Below, one piece after another: positions 16,601 through 25,248 of a stretch of 64,000 nucleotides of DNA; position 1 is the first letter of the stretch; every line of letters starts with the position of its first letter. The stretch spans positions 465,997 to 529,996 of the forward strand of contig CAYYDR010000001.1 of the NCBI GenBank assembly GCA_964470695.1, written 5' to 3'. This DNA comes from an uncultured Gammaproteobacteria bacterium. Its GTDB lineage: Bacteria; Patescibacteriota; Patescibacteriia; Patescibacteriales; UBA12465. The notes beneath the pieces are model-generated. The model saw nothing but the letters and a program-made list of their open reading frames with translations. It was not told where the DNA came from and did no database searches. Made by a program: the position numbers and the translations under genes.

Positions 16601-19153
16601 ATGATAAATATTAAAGACTTTGAGGGGCTATCCCAGGCTGAAGTTGATAAGAATTTAGCCGCTGATGGTTTTAATGAACTGCCTTCGCAAAAAAAGCAGG
16701 GTGGCTTCGCTATTTTATTTAAGGTTTTATCAGAGCCAATTCTGATTCTTCTTTTAGTAAGCGGAATGATATATGTCGGCCTAGGAGAAATGTCTGATGC
16801 CTTGATGCTTCTTTTTTGTATATTTGTAGTTATTGCCATAACCTTTTATCAAGAAAGAAAAACTGAAAGGACATTAGAGGCTTTAAGGGATTTATCTAGC
16901 CCCAGGGCCCTGGTTATTAGAGATGGCCAAGAAAAAAGAATTGCCGGGAGGGAAGTGGTTAGGGGCGATATTATTATTATTCGGGAGGGTGATCGTATTC
17001 CGGCTGATGCCGTTATTTTATCTTGTGAAAATTTATCAGTTGATGAATCTCTTTTAACTGGAGAGTCAGTGCCGGTTAGAAAGATAGAATGGGATGGCGT
17101 GATGTCTGATAAGAGACCCGGCGGGGACGGCTTGCCTTTTCTTTATTCCGGTTCCTTAGTGACTGGCGGGAGAGGGACGGCGAGAGTAAGTCGGACTGGC
17201 CTAAATACGGAAATTGGGAAAATTGGTAAAAGTCTGGAAAGTATTAAAGAGGAGGACACTCTTTTAAAAAAGGAAACTGATAAGATAGTCCGTTCCGTAG
17301 CAGCCGTTGTCCTTGTTCTGTGTTTATTAGTAGTGATGTTTTATGCTCTTACTAAGAGTGATATAATTAGCGGCCTTTTGGCCGGCCTTACTTTAGGAAT
17401 GGCAATTTTGCCGGAAGAGTTTCCTCTCGTTTTAATAATATTTATGACGCTAGGCGCTTGGCGTATATCTAAGAAAAAAGTTTTAACCAGGCGTTCGGCG
17501 GCTATAGAAACCTTGGGAGCGGCCACTGTTCTTTGTACAGATAAAACAGGTACCCTGACTCTTAACAAAATGGAGCTTAGTAGTTTGTATTCGGATGGCT
17601 CATTCTATGAAGTTAGTGATTTTGCCTCAACCGAATTGCCAAAAAAGTTTGGGACTCTTTTAGAATTCGGAGTTCTGGCTAGTCAGAAAGATCCTTTTGA
17701 CCCGATTGAAAAGGAATTAAATAAGATGGGGGAATTATATCTTAAAAATACCGAAGTTATTGGGCATGATTTTTCTTTAGTTAAAGAATATCCCCTTTCG
17801 GAAAAACTTTTAGCTCTTTCTCATGTTTGGCACTCGAAGGGCAAAAAGGGAATGGTAGTGGCGGCTAAGGGGGCGCCGGAAGCAATTTTAGAACTATGTC
17901 ACGCCAATCATGAAGCCAAGCAAGCTCTCCTAGAAAGAGTTAAGGAAATGTCAGATAAGGGCCTGCGCGTTTTAGGCGTTGCTAAAGCGGTTTTTGCTCA
18001 TGATAATTTACCTAGCAATCAGCATGATTTTGCTTTTGAACTGATTGGTTTATTAGGTTTTGTTGACCCGATTCGGGCAACTGTTCCTAAGGCAATTCAG
18101 GAGGCTTTTCAGGCCGGGATGAGGGTGATAGTTATTACTGGCGATTATCCGGGAACGGCCCAGTTTATTGCTAATAAAATTGGCCTTAAAAGTCCTACTA
18201 AATATTTGACTGGCGCTGATTTAGAAAAAATGAGCCATTTGGAGCTTAGGGAAAAAATAAAGACCATTAATATTTTTGCCCGCGTGGTTCCTGAGCAGAA
18301 ATTACTTATTGTTAATGCCCTTAAAGCTAATAACGAAATTGTGGCTATGACTGGAGACGGCGTGAATGACGCTCCCGCCTTAAAATCAGCTCATATCGGT
18401 GTCGCCATGGGGGAAAGAGGAACCGATGTCGCTCGCGAGGCCTCGGCTCTTATTCTTCTTAATGATGATTTTTCTTCAATTGTTACAGCGGTCCGTTTAG
18501 GGCGGAGAATATATAATAATCTAAAAAGGGCCATGGGTTATCTTCTGGCGGTTCATGTTCCCATTGCCGGCATGTCAATATTGCCACTCGCTTTTAATTT
18601 GCCGATAGTATTATTTCCCGCTCACGTTGCTTTTATGGAATTAGTCATTGATCCGGCTTGCTCTACTGTTTTTGAATCAGGCAAGGAAGAGCGGGGAATA
18701 ATGAAAAGGCCGCCCCGCAATTTACGCCAGCCAATGTTTAGTTTTCAAACTGTATTAGTCAGCCTAATCCAGGGCTTAACGGCTTTAGTCGCGACTTTTT
18801 TGCTGTTTATTTTTGCGGTTAAGTCGGGTCGCAGTGAATATGAAGCCCGCTCGTTTGCCTTTGTAGCCTTAGTTTTAGGCAATTTAATGCTTATTATAAT
18901 CAATTTATCTTGGAGCCGCAGTATTTATCGGATAATTCTATCGGCTAATAAAATATTTTTTATAATATTTGGCGGGGCAATCACCTGCCTTTTAGCTGTT
19001 GTCTATGTGCCTTTCTTGGCAAAACTTTTTCGTTTGGCCCCGCTTAACTTAAATGATTTTTTACTTATTATCGCCGTAGTTTTTATAAGTTTAGTTTGGT
19101 TTGAAATATTAAAGTTATTAAAAAAGAATAGTATATCAAAGATAATCGGTTAA
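16601..19153 (+). CDS. cation-transporting P-type ATPase (P2, Ca2+-ATPase-like)
   Basis: TGES, CTDKTGTLT, TGDGVNDAPALK, 10-TM layout. Confidence 0.95.
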   Translation: MINIKDFEGLSQAEVDKNLAADGFNELPSQKKQGGFAILFKVLSEPILILLLVSGMIYVGLGEMSDALMLLFCIFVVIAITFYQERKTERTLEALRDLSSPRALVIRDGQEKRIAGREVVRGDIIIIREGDRIPADAVILSCENLSVDESLLTGESVPVRKIEWDGVMSDKRPGGDGLPFLYSGSLVTGGRGTARVSRTGLNTEIGKIGKSLESIKEEDTLLKKETDKIVRSVAAVVLVLCLLVVMFYALTKSDIISGLLAGLTLGMAILPEEFPLVLIIFMTLGAWRISKKKVLTRRSAAIETLGAATVLCTDKTGTLTLNKMELSSLYSDGSFYEVSDFASTELPKKFGTLLEFGVLASQKDPFDPIEKELNKMGELYLKNTEVIGHDFSLVKEYPLSEKLLALSHVWHSKGKKGMVVAAKGAPEAILELCHANHEAKQALLERVKEMSDKGLRVLGVAKAVFAHDNLPSNQHDFAFELIGLLGFVDPIRATVPKAIQEAFQAGMRVIVITGDYPGTAQFIANKIGLKSPTKYLTGADLEKMSHLELREKIKTINIFARVVPEQKLLIVNALKANNEIVAMTGDGVNDAPALKSAHIGVAMGERGTDVAREASALILLNDDFSSIVTAVRLGRRIYNNLKRAMGYLLAVHVPIAGMSILPLAFNLPIVLFPAHVAFMELVIDPACSTVFESGKEERGIMKRPPRNLRQPMFSFQTVLVSLIQGLTALVATFLLFIFAVKSGRSEYEARSFAFVALVLGNLMLIIINLSWSRSIYRIILSANKIFFIIFGGAITCLLAVVYVPFLAKLFRLAPLNLNDFLLIIAVVFISLVWFEILKLLKKNSISKIIG

Positions 19154-19185
19154 AAGGCTGTTTAAAATTAGTTTAAGGTTAATTT

Positions 19186-19214
19186 AAAAAGGCTGTTGTT
19201 TAGACAGCCTTTTC
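19186..19214. terminator. bidirectional terminator between the ATPase gene and convergent gene 19216..19563
   Basis: AAAAAGGCTGT-loop-ACAGCCTTTT. Confidence 0.65.
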
Positions 19215-19215
19215 T

Positions 19216-19563
19216 TTATTTTGCTAATAGCTCTTCAGGAATAGAGGGATCAAGGGTGATTTCGTTAATGATGGTTTTAATTTTTTCAAAATTACCATCA
19301 TATCTTTTAACTTGGTTCATTAAGTCCAGGGCAATTGGCTTTTGCTTTTCCATTCCTTCCCAGTTTTCTTCTAGGCTATATGGGCCAAAAAGAAAGGAAA
19401 TGGCATCGGCCAGGCTGAATCCAGACCAGACAATGAAGAAGCTCCTCTTTCGGAAGCTAAAATAGTCTTCATTTTCGGCTTGTTTCAATCCATAGACTGT
19501 TTTTAATTTTTCCCTGATATGATATTCGTCAGAGAAAAACTCCCCTCTTTTTAAAATGAACAT
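19216..19563 (-). CDS. hypothetical protein (no recognisable domain), SD-bearing
   Basis: 115-aa ORF preceded by GAGGAGGAAAA-ATG. The overlapping + ORF 19196..19465 starts inside the terminator and has no start signals. Confidence 0.55.
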   Translation of the reverse strand: MFILKRGEFFSDEYHIREKLKTVYGLKQAENEDYFSFRKRSFFIVWSGFSLADAISFLFGPYSLEENWEGMEKQKPIALDLMNQVKRYDGNFEKIKTIINEITLDPSIPEELLAK

Positions 19564-19783
19564 TTTTCCTCCTCGCTAGGCTGGCCCAGCTGAAAGTTGT
19601 TGTTTAAATTATTTATCTTATTTATAACATTATTCCTCAATATTTGTCAAATAGAGAGGGAGATTTATCATGAATTTTAAGGGAAAACAATTAATTTTTT
19701 ATTTTATCTTTTTTTATGCTATAATTAATTTATTAGGCGTTCATTCGCTTAATAAATTTTGCAATTAAAATAAATATAAAATT

Positions 19784-21949
19784 ATGAAAAACAAGCTCAT
19801 CTTGATGGCAATTATATTAGTTGCCTCTGGCACCTTGTTATTATCGCGAGGAGTCCAAGCTGCAACGCCAGTTTTGTCCTTATCAACCACTAATGACGGC
19901 GATTATGTTAAATTGGATGTAGCTAACGGAGATGCTGACTCCAGTATTTTGCTATATTATCATAAGAGTAGCGGCGGCTTGCAAGTTAGATATTTAGGGA
20001 AGACCAATGCTAGCGGCAATTACTCAACTAATATAAGTACTTCCGATTATGATGTTATTACTAATGATTCTGTTTATGTGGCCGTTAATAACAAGCAATC
20101 TTCTTTAGTTAGTTGGCCCCTAGTTGCTTCTAGCGGTGGAGCCTTGACCCTTAATAAGACTGGTTTAGTTTTTTCGGTCGGCCAATCCGAAACGCTGACA
20201 GTTGGAAATGTCGGGACTAATATTTTGTACTTACTAAATAATTCTAACCCACAGATTGCTAATGTTAATATCTCTGGCAGCCAGGTAACTGTAAAAGCTA
20301 ATACTTATGGGCAAACAGTAGTAACGGTGTGTGCACTAGGAACGACTTCAAATTGCGCTAGCACCTATGTGACAGTCCAGAATTCGGGCGCTAAAACGCT
20401 TACTTTCAGCCAGAGCAACTTAACCATCGCCGCTGGACAAAGTTCCCAGATCACTATTTTAAATAGTAGTGGAAGCTATACTATTTTAAATAATTCCAAT
20501 CCTAGTATTATTCAGGCCAGTATAAAAGATGCGGTTATAACTTTAACTGCTAGTAATAACAGTGGTACCGCCGCTTTAACCGTCTGTCAGTCTGATATGA
20601 GTGGTTGCGGCATTATTAATGCTAGTTCTGGTAGCGTGAGCTCGTCTACTTTAGTTTTTAACCAAACCGCCCCCTTACTTACGACCGGCCAGACTTTAAA
20701 CGTCGCTATTTCAGGTGGCGGTAGCAACTATAATATCTCATCAAATTCTAATTCCAACGTCCTATCAGCTAGTATTAATGGCACTAATTTGGTTTTAATA
20801 GGGAACAGCGCTGGGTCTTCTACGGTCACTGTTTGTTCCTCAAGCGGTAATTGCAATTCTTTAAGCGCTACGGTTAGTTACGCGACCAGCGGCCCCATTA
20901 CTTTAAGCCAGACTAGCTTATGGCTGCAGGTTGGACAAGCGGTGAGCGTTACTATTTCTGGCGGCACTATGCCTTATAGTATTTTACCTGATACAAATTC
21001 TAATAGTATTTTTTCTAGTAATTTAAATAATAATATTTTGACTCTAACTGGTTTAGCGGCGGGGTCATCTTCGCTTAGCGTCTGCTCGGCCGCCGGTGCC
21101 TGCACTAATTTATCAGTTTTAGTTAATGGCGTTAGCTCTAGTAGTCAATTAACTTTTAGTAATAATAATCTATCTTTGAATGTTGGCGCTGATGCTAATA
21201 TTTCTTTGTTTGGTAATGGTGGATACTATGTTTCTACTAGTAATAACCTTAATGTTGCTTCTATAACCGTCACTGGTTCCCAGGCCAAGGTCTCTGCTTT
21301 AAGCCCTGGCAGCGCTAATGCTACCATTTGCCAGACCGGCGGTCAGTGCAGCGTTTTATATGTAGTAGTGGCTTCCAATGCTTCCACGGTTTCTACCCCG
21401 ACTTTTAGCCAGGTTAATCCGACAATTTCTGTCGGCCAGAGTTCAACTATAACTATTACGGGAGGAACTGGTACTAGTTATAGCCTTTCGTCAAATTCTA
21501 ATCCAACCATAGTCCAAGCTAATGTTAATGGCAGCAGCTTAGTATTACTAGGAAAGAGCCAAGGGAGCGCAGTTTTATCAGTTTGCGCCGCTTCTAATAG
21601 CTGTAATTCTTTAGCGGTTACTGTTAACGCGGTTAGCGCTTCAACTGGTGGCTCATCGGTAACCGGTAATACCGGAAATAGTAATGCTGGCAACTCCGCA
21701 AATACGGGCGCTACTAATAAACCGGTTAAACCAAAATATAAGTTTACACGTTATTTGACAGTAGGCTCTAAGGGGGCGGATGTTACCGCCCTGCAGACTC
21801 GCTTGAAGTATGAAGGAGTCTATTCCGGCCCAATAACCGGTACTTTTGGAGCTCAGACTTATGAGGCGGTTAAAGCTTATCAGAAAAAGAATAAATTGCA
21901 GACTCTGGGCGTAGTCGGGCCAGGAACCAGAGCTTTGCTTAATAAGTAA
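19784..21949 (+). CDS. secreted protein with six Big_2-like Ig repeats and a C-terminal peptidoglycan-binding domain
   Basis: Signal peptide; six units of about 80 aa, each ending in a Cys-x5-6-Cys pair. The C-terminus (GADVTALQTRLKYEGVYSGPITGTFGAQTYEAVKAYQ) is PG_binding_1-like. Confidence 0.75.
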   Translation: MKNKLILMAIILVASGTLLLSRGVQAATPVLSLSTTNDGDYVKLDVANGDADSSILLYYHKSSGGLQVRYLGKTNASGNYSTNISTSDYDVITNDSVYVAVNNKQSSLVSWPLVASSGGALTLNKTGLVFSVGQSETLTVGNVGTNILYLLNNSNPQIANVNISGSQVTVKANTYGQTVVTVCALGTTSNCASTYVTVQNSGAKTLTFSQSNLTIAAGQSSQITILNSSGSYTILNNSNPSIIQASIKDAVITLTASNNSGTAALTVCQSDMSGCGIINASSGSVSSSTLVFNQTAPLLTTGQTLNVAISGGGSNYNISSNSNSNVLSASINGTNLVLIGNSAGSSTVTVCSSSGNCNSLSATVSYATSGPITLSQTSLWLQVGQAVSVTISGGTMPYSILPDTNSNSIFSSNLNNNILTLTGLAAGSSSLSVCSAAGACTNLSVLVNGVSSSSQLTFSNNNLSLNVGADANISLFGNGGYYVSTSNNLNVASITVTGSQAKVSALSPGSANATICQTGGQCSVLYVVVASNASTVSTPTFSQVNPTISVGQSSTITITGGTGTSYSLSSNSNPTIVQANVNGSSLVLLGKSQGSAVLSVCAASNSCNSLAVTVNAVSASTGGSSVTGNTGNSNAGNSANTGATNKPVKPKYKFTRYLTVGSKGADVTALQTRLKYEGVYSGPITGTFGAQTYEAVKAYQKKNKLQTLGVVGPGTRALLNK
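20140..21650 (+). repeat. six divergent tandem coding repeats of about 240 nt (Big_2-like units)
   Basis: Recurrent pattern L(T/V)FSQ..L.(I/L)..GQS..(I/V)T(I/V)...SNSNP.I.(Q/S)A...G..(L/V)......G.(A/S).(L/V)(T/S)VC....C in the translation. Confidence 0.6.
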
Positions 21950-21969
21950 ATAAAGTAATTGATAAAAAT

Positions 21970-22686
21970 ATGGAAAACAATAATAAGTCTATTGCTTATG
22001 GCGTAATCCTCGGCTTGAGTTTGATTATTGCCTCAGCGATAGTAGCTCGGACTTTTCTAGATGTTAAAAAATTAGATAATGTGTTGACCGTGTCCGGTTC
22101 AGCCAAGCAAAAAGTAACGGCTGATTCGGCTCGCTGGACTGCTAATTTTTCTCGTTCTGTTTTTAAGGATCAGCTTAAAGATGGTTATGCTAGCATGAAG
22201 AACGATGAAAAAGTAGTTAATGCTTTTTTTGTGGAAAAGGGTTTTAAGGATATTGAAATCTCACCGGTTTTCATGAATGAAATTTGGAAGAATGACCAGA
22301 ATGCGCCTAAGGAATATAATTTAGTCCAGAATGTTCAGATAAAATCTGATGATGTTTTAAAGATGAAGGAAATAGCTAAGAGCAGCGACCAGTTAGCAGC
22401 GAAGGGAATAATATTCTCCGCTAATCCGGTTGAATATTATTACTCTAAATTACCTGAGTTAAGAGTTTCCTTATTACCAGAGGCAATTAAAGATGCTAAA
22501 AATAGAGCTCAAGCCATTGCCGAAAGTAGTGATCGGGGCGTGGACGCGATTAAATCTGTCTCTATGGGCGTGGTACAAGTAATGCCAGTCGGTTCAATTG
22601 ATGTTTCTGATTATGGCTCTTATGATACCTCTAGTATTGATAAGGAAGTTATGATTACCGTTAAGACTGTTTTCGGCTTGAAGTAA
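21970..22686 (+). CDS. SIMPL-domain (DUF541) protein, membrane-anchored
   Basis: N-terminal TM anchor; overall pattern similar to 32167..32904, with AIKDAKNRAQAIAESS as the SIMPL helix. Confidence 0.75.
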   Translation: MENNNKSIAYGVILGLSLIIASAIVARTFLDVKKLDNVLTVSGSAKQKVTADSARWTANFSRSVFKDQLKDGYASMKNDEKVVNAFFVEKGFKDIEISPVFMNEIWKNDQNAPKEYNLVQNVQIKSDDVLKMKEIAKSSDQLAAKGIIFSANPVEYYYSKLPELRVSLLPEAIKDAKNRAQAIAESSDRGVDAIKSVSMGVVQVMPVGSIDVSDYGSYDTSSIDKEVMITVKTVFGLK

Positions 22687-22711
22687 ATCATTGGTTTATA
22701 ATTTTTTAGAC

Positions 22712-22741
22712 AAATCAGCCGGCTTTTGTCCGGCTGATTTA
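22712..22741 (+). terminator. stem-loop terminator after the SIMPL gene
   Basis: AAATCAGCCGG-CTTTTGT-CCGGCTGATTT. Confidence 0.6.
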
Positions 22742-22767
22742 AAATAGAATTTGGTTAATCATAATAG

Positions 22768-22796
22768 TTGAATTTCCTCAATAATCCCGCTATAAT
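22768..22796 (+). promoter_or_regulatory. promoter of the uvr cluster (TTGAAT-17-TATAAT), near-leaderless
   Basis: TTGAAT at 22768-22773, TATAAT at 22791-22796, and the uvrB ATG at 22805, only 8 nt after the -10. Confidence 0.6.
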
Positions 22797-22804
22797 ATCT
22801 GGCT

Positions 22805-24640
22805 ATGGCTAAATTGTTTAAATTACATTCAGAATTTAAACCCGCTGGCGATCAACCAGCCGCAATTAAGAAGCTGCAAGCGGGATTAGACAAGGGTCTG
22901 CGTTATCAGACTCTTTTAGGCGTAACGGGCAGCGGTAAGACTTTTACGGCCGCTAATTTGATTACCGCTGGGGATAGGCCAGTCTTGGTTATGGCGCCTA
23001 ATAAAGCTTTAGCCGCTCAGCTTTACCGAGAATATAAGAACTTTTTCCCGGAGAATGCCGTTCATTATTTTGTCTCCTATTACGACTATTATCAGCCGGA
23101 GGCCTATTTGCCTATTACCGACACTTATATTGATAAAGAGGCCATGATTAACCAGGAAATAGACCGTTTGCGGCATGGCGCAACCTCGGCCCTTGTTTCT
23201 CGCCGAGACGTTATTATTGTCGCTTCGGTTTCTTGTATTTATAATCTCGGCGTCCCCTCTACTTATTTAGAAGCAAAATTGGTTTTGGAAAAAGGTAAAC
23301 CCATGGTGCGAACTGATTTAATTAAACAATTAATTAAGATTCAGTTTACCAGGACGAGCGGAGAAATAAGCCGAGGTGAGTTTAGAGTACGCGGTGATGT
23401 TTTTGAAATACGGTCAATGTCTGAAAATATTATTTATCGCTTAGAATTAAACGGCCAGAGCATTAGCGATTTATCAATAATTGATAATACGACTAAAAAT
23501 ATCATGGGCAATTTGGAAGAAATAGTTATTTTTCCGCCTAAACATTTCGTATCCACTAAACCGCAGATAGAAGCCGCTATTAAAAATATCCAGGAAGAAT
23601 TAAAAGACCGTTTAGCTTATTTTAAAAAAGAAGGATTACTGCTAGAAGCGGAAAGACTAGAAAGACGAACTCGCTATGATATGGAAATGCTCCGTAGCCT
23701 TGGTTATTGCCATGGCATTGAGAATTACTCGCGCCATTTAACTGGCAAATTAGCGGGCGAGGCGCCTGATTCTCTATTAGCTTATTTTCCCTGGAAAGAC
23801 GGTAGGCCGGATTTTTTAACGATCATTGATGAGTCGCATATTGCCGTGCCGCAGGTTAGGGGTATGTATAATGGCGATCAGGCGCGTAAGAAAATTTTGG
23901 CGCAGTATGGCTGGCGTTTGCCGTCCGCGCTTGATAATCGCCCTTTAAAATTTAATGAATTTGAAGAAAGGATAGGGCAGGTAATATTTACGACGGCTAC
24001 TCCTGGAGATTTTGAATTGAAATATTCTAAAAATATTGCCGAACAGGTCATACGTCCGACCGGTCTAGTTGATCCGGAAGTGGAAGTTAGGCCGGTATTT
24101 AATAAGAAAGAAAATTATAGCCAGATTAATGATGTCATGAAAGAAATTAGCAAGATTGCCTCCCTAGGCGAGCGGGCGATTATTAATACTTTAACTAAGA
24201 AGCAAGCTGAAGATTTAAATACTTATTTGAATGGCCAAGGCTTTAAGTCTAACTATCTTCACTCCGATATTAAGACTTTTGAACGGACCGATATTTTAAG
24301 GCATTTCCGAGAGGGGAAGTTTGATGTTCTTATCGGCGTTAATCTTTTGCGGGAGGGCTTGGATTTGCCTGAGGTTACTTTAGTCGCGATTTTAGATGCT
24401 GATAGAGAGGGATTCTTGCGTAGTGAGACATCTTTGATGCAAACCATGGGTCGTGCTGCCCGTAACGTCAAGGGAAAAATTATCTTGTATGCTGATAAGA
24501 TTACCGGTTCAATGCGTCGGGCCATGAAAGAAGCGGATAGGAGACGTAAAAAACAGTTAGAGTATAATAAGAAGTATAATATAACGCCGCAAAATATTAC
24601 TAAAAAGATAGAAGAATTCTTGGACGCGGCGGAAAAATAA
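22805..24640 (+). CDS. uvrB: excinuclease ABC subunit B, lacking the C-terminal UVR domain
   Basis: GVTGSGKT, YYDYYQPEAY, DESH, and helicase motifs through GRAARN. The protein ends at ...KKIEEFLDAAEK with no ..FE.AA..RD.. hairpin. Confidence 0.95.
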   Translation: MAKLFKLHSEFKPAGDQPAAIKKLQAGLDKGLRYQTLLGVTGSGKTFTAANLITAGDRPVLVMAPNKALAAQLYREYKNFFPENAVHYFVSYYDYYQPEAYLPITDTYIDKEAMINQEIDRLRHGATSALVSRRDVIIVASVSCIYNLGVPSTYLEAKLVLEKGKPMVRTDLIKQLIKIQFTRTSGEISRGEFRVRGDVFEIRSMSENIIYRLELNGQSISDLSIIDNTTKNIMGNLEEIVIFPPKHFVSTKPQIEAAIKNIQEELKDRLAYFKKEGLLLEAERLERRTRYDMEMLRSLGYCHGIENYSRHLTGKLAGEAPDSLLAYFPWKDGRPDFLTIIDESHIAVPQVRGMYNGDQARKKILAQYGWRLPSALDNRPLKFNEFEERIGQVIFTTATPGDFELKYSKNIAEQVIRPTGLVDPEVEVRPVFNKKENYSQINDVMKEISKIASLGERAIINTLTKKQAEDLNTYLNGQGFKSNYLHSDIKTFERTDILRHFREGKFDVLIGVNLLREGLDLPEVTLVAILDADREGFLRSETSLMQTMGRAARNVKGKIILYADKITGSMRRAMKEADRRRKKQLEYNKKYNITPQNITKKIEEFLDAAEK

Positions 24641-24643
24641 TTT

Positions 24644-25228
24644 TTGTTTAATTATATGATTGAGTACGAAGCTACTTTTACGAATATTGATAAAGATGAA
24701 ATAAGGGGTCGGCTTAAACAAGCTGGCGCGGTTTTAATAAAACCAGAATTTTTGCAGAAGCGTTTAAATTTTACTCTGCCGTCTGGTCATGAAATTAAGG
24801 GCGGCTGGCTCAGAGTTAGGGATGAGGGTGATAAGGTGAGCTTAAGTTTAAAAATAATTGATGGCGATAAAATAGATGATCAAAAAGAAACTTGTTTATA
24901 TATTGATAGTTTTTCCGAGGGCATCGCTTTATTAAAATCCTTGGGCTGCCAGGAAAAAGCCTATCAGGAAAGCCGTCGAGAAATTTGGGATCTTGATGGA
25001 GTTGAAGTAGTTATTGATGAATGGCCATATTTAGAGCCTTATGTAGAAATAGAAGGAAATTCTGAGGAGGAGGTAAAAAAAGTTAGTGCTAAATTAAGCT
25101 TTGATTATAGTAGGGCGGTATTTGGTTCAGTGGATATTCAATATAATAAAAAATATGGTTTAGATCGTGATAATATTAATACTATTGGTAAAGTGACTTT
25201 TGATGGTCCTAACCCTTTTATTAAATAG
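24644..25228 (+). CDS. CYTH-domain protein (CyaB/thiamine-triphosphatase-like tunnel fold)
   Basis: IEYEATF occupies the ExExK position; also WLRVRDEGDKVSLSLK and VVIDEWPYLEPYVEIE. The track start is TTG at 24644; the first ATG is at 24656. Confidence 0.65.
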   Translation: MFNYMIEYEATFTNIDKDEIRGRLKQAGAVLIKPEFLQKRLNFTLPSGHEIKGGWLRVRDEGDKVSLSLKIIDGDKIDDQKETCLYIDSFSEGIALLKSLGCQEKAYQESRREIWDLDGVEVVIDEWPYLEPYVEIEGNSEEEVKKVSAKLSFDYSRAVFGSVDIQYNKKYGLDRDNINTIGKVTFDGPNPFIK

Positions 25229-25248
25229 ACTAGTCTTGAAATAAAATC

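Noticed and set aside
19152-19197. Direct repeat AAAAGGCTGTT at 19152-19162 and 19187-19197, downstream of the ATPase gene.
   Set aside because: It is only 11 nt long. The second copy is simply the left arm of the terminator hairpin, so there is insufficient evidence for a mobile-element scar.
19196-19465. 89-aa + strand ORF overlapping 19216..19563.
   Set aside because: It starts inside the bidirectional terminator hairpin and has no start signals. The minus-strand ORF has a GAGGAGG SD and a terminator in the right place.
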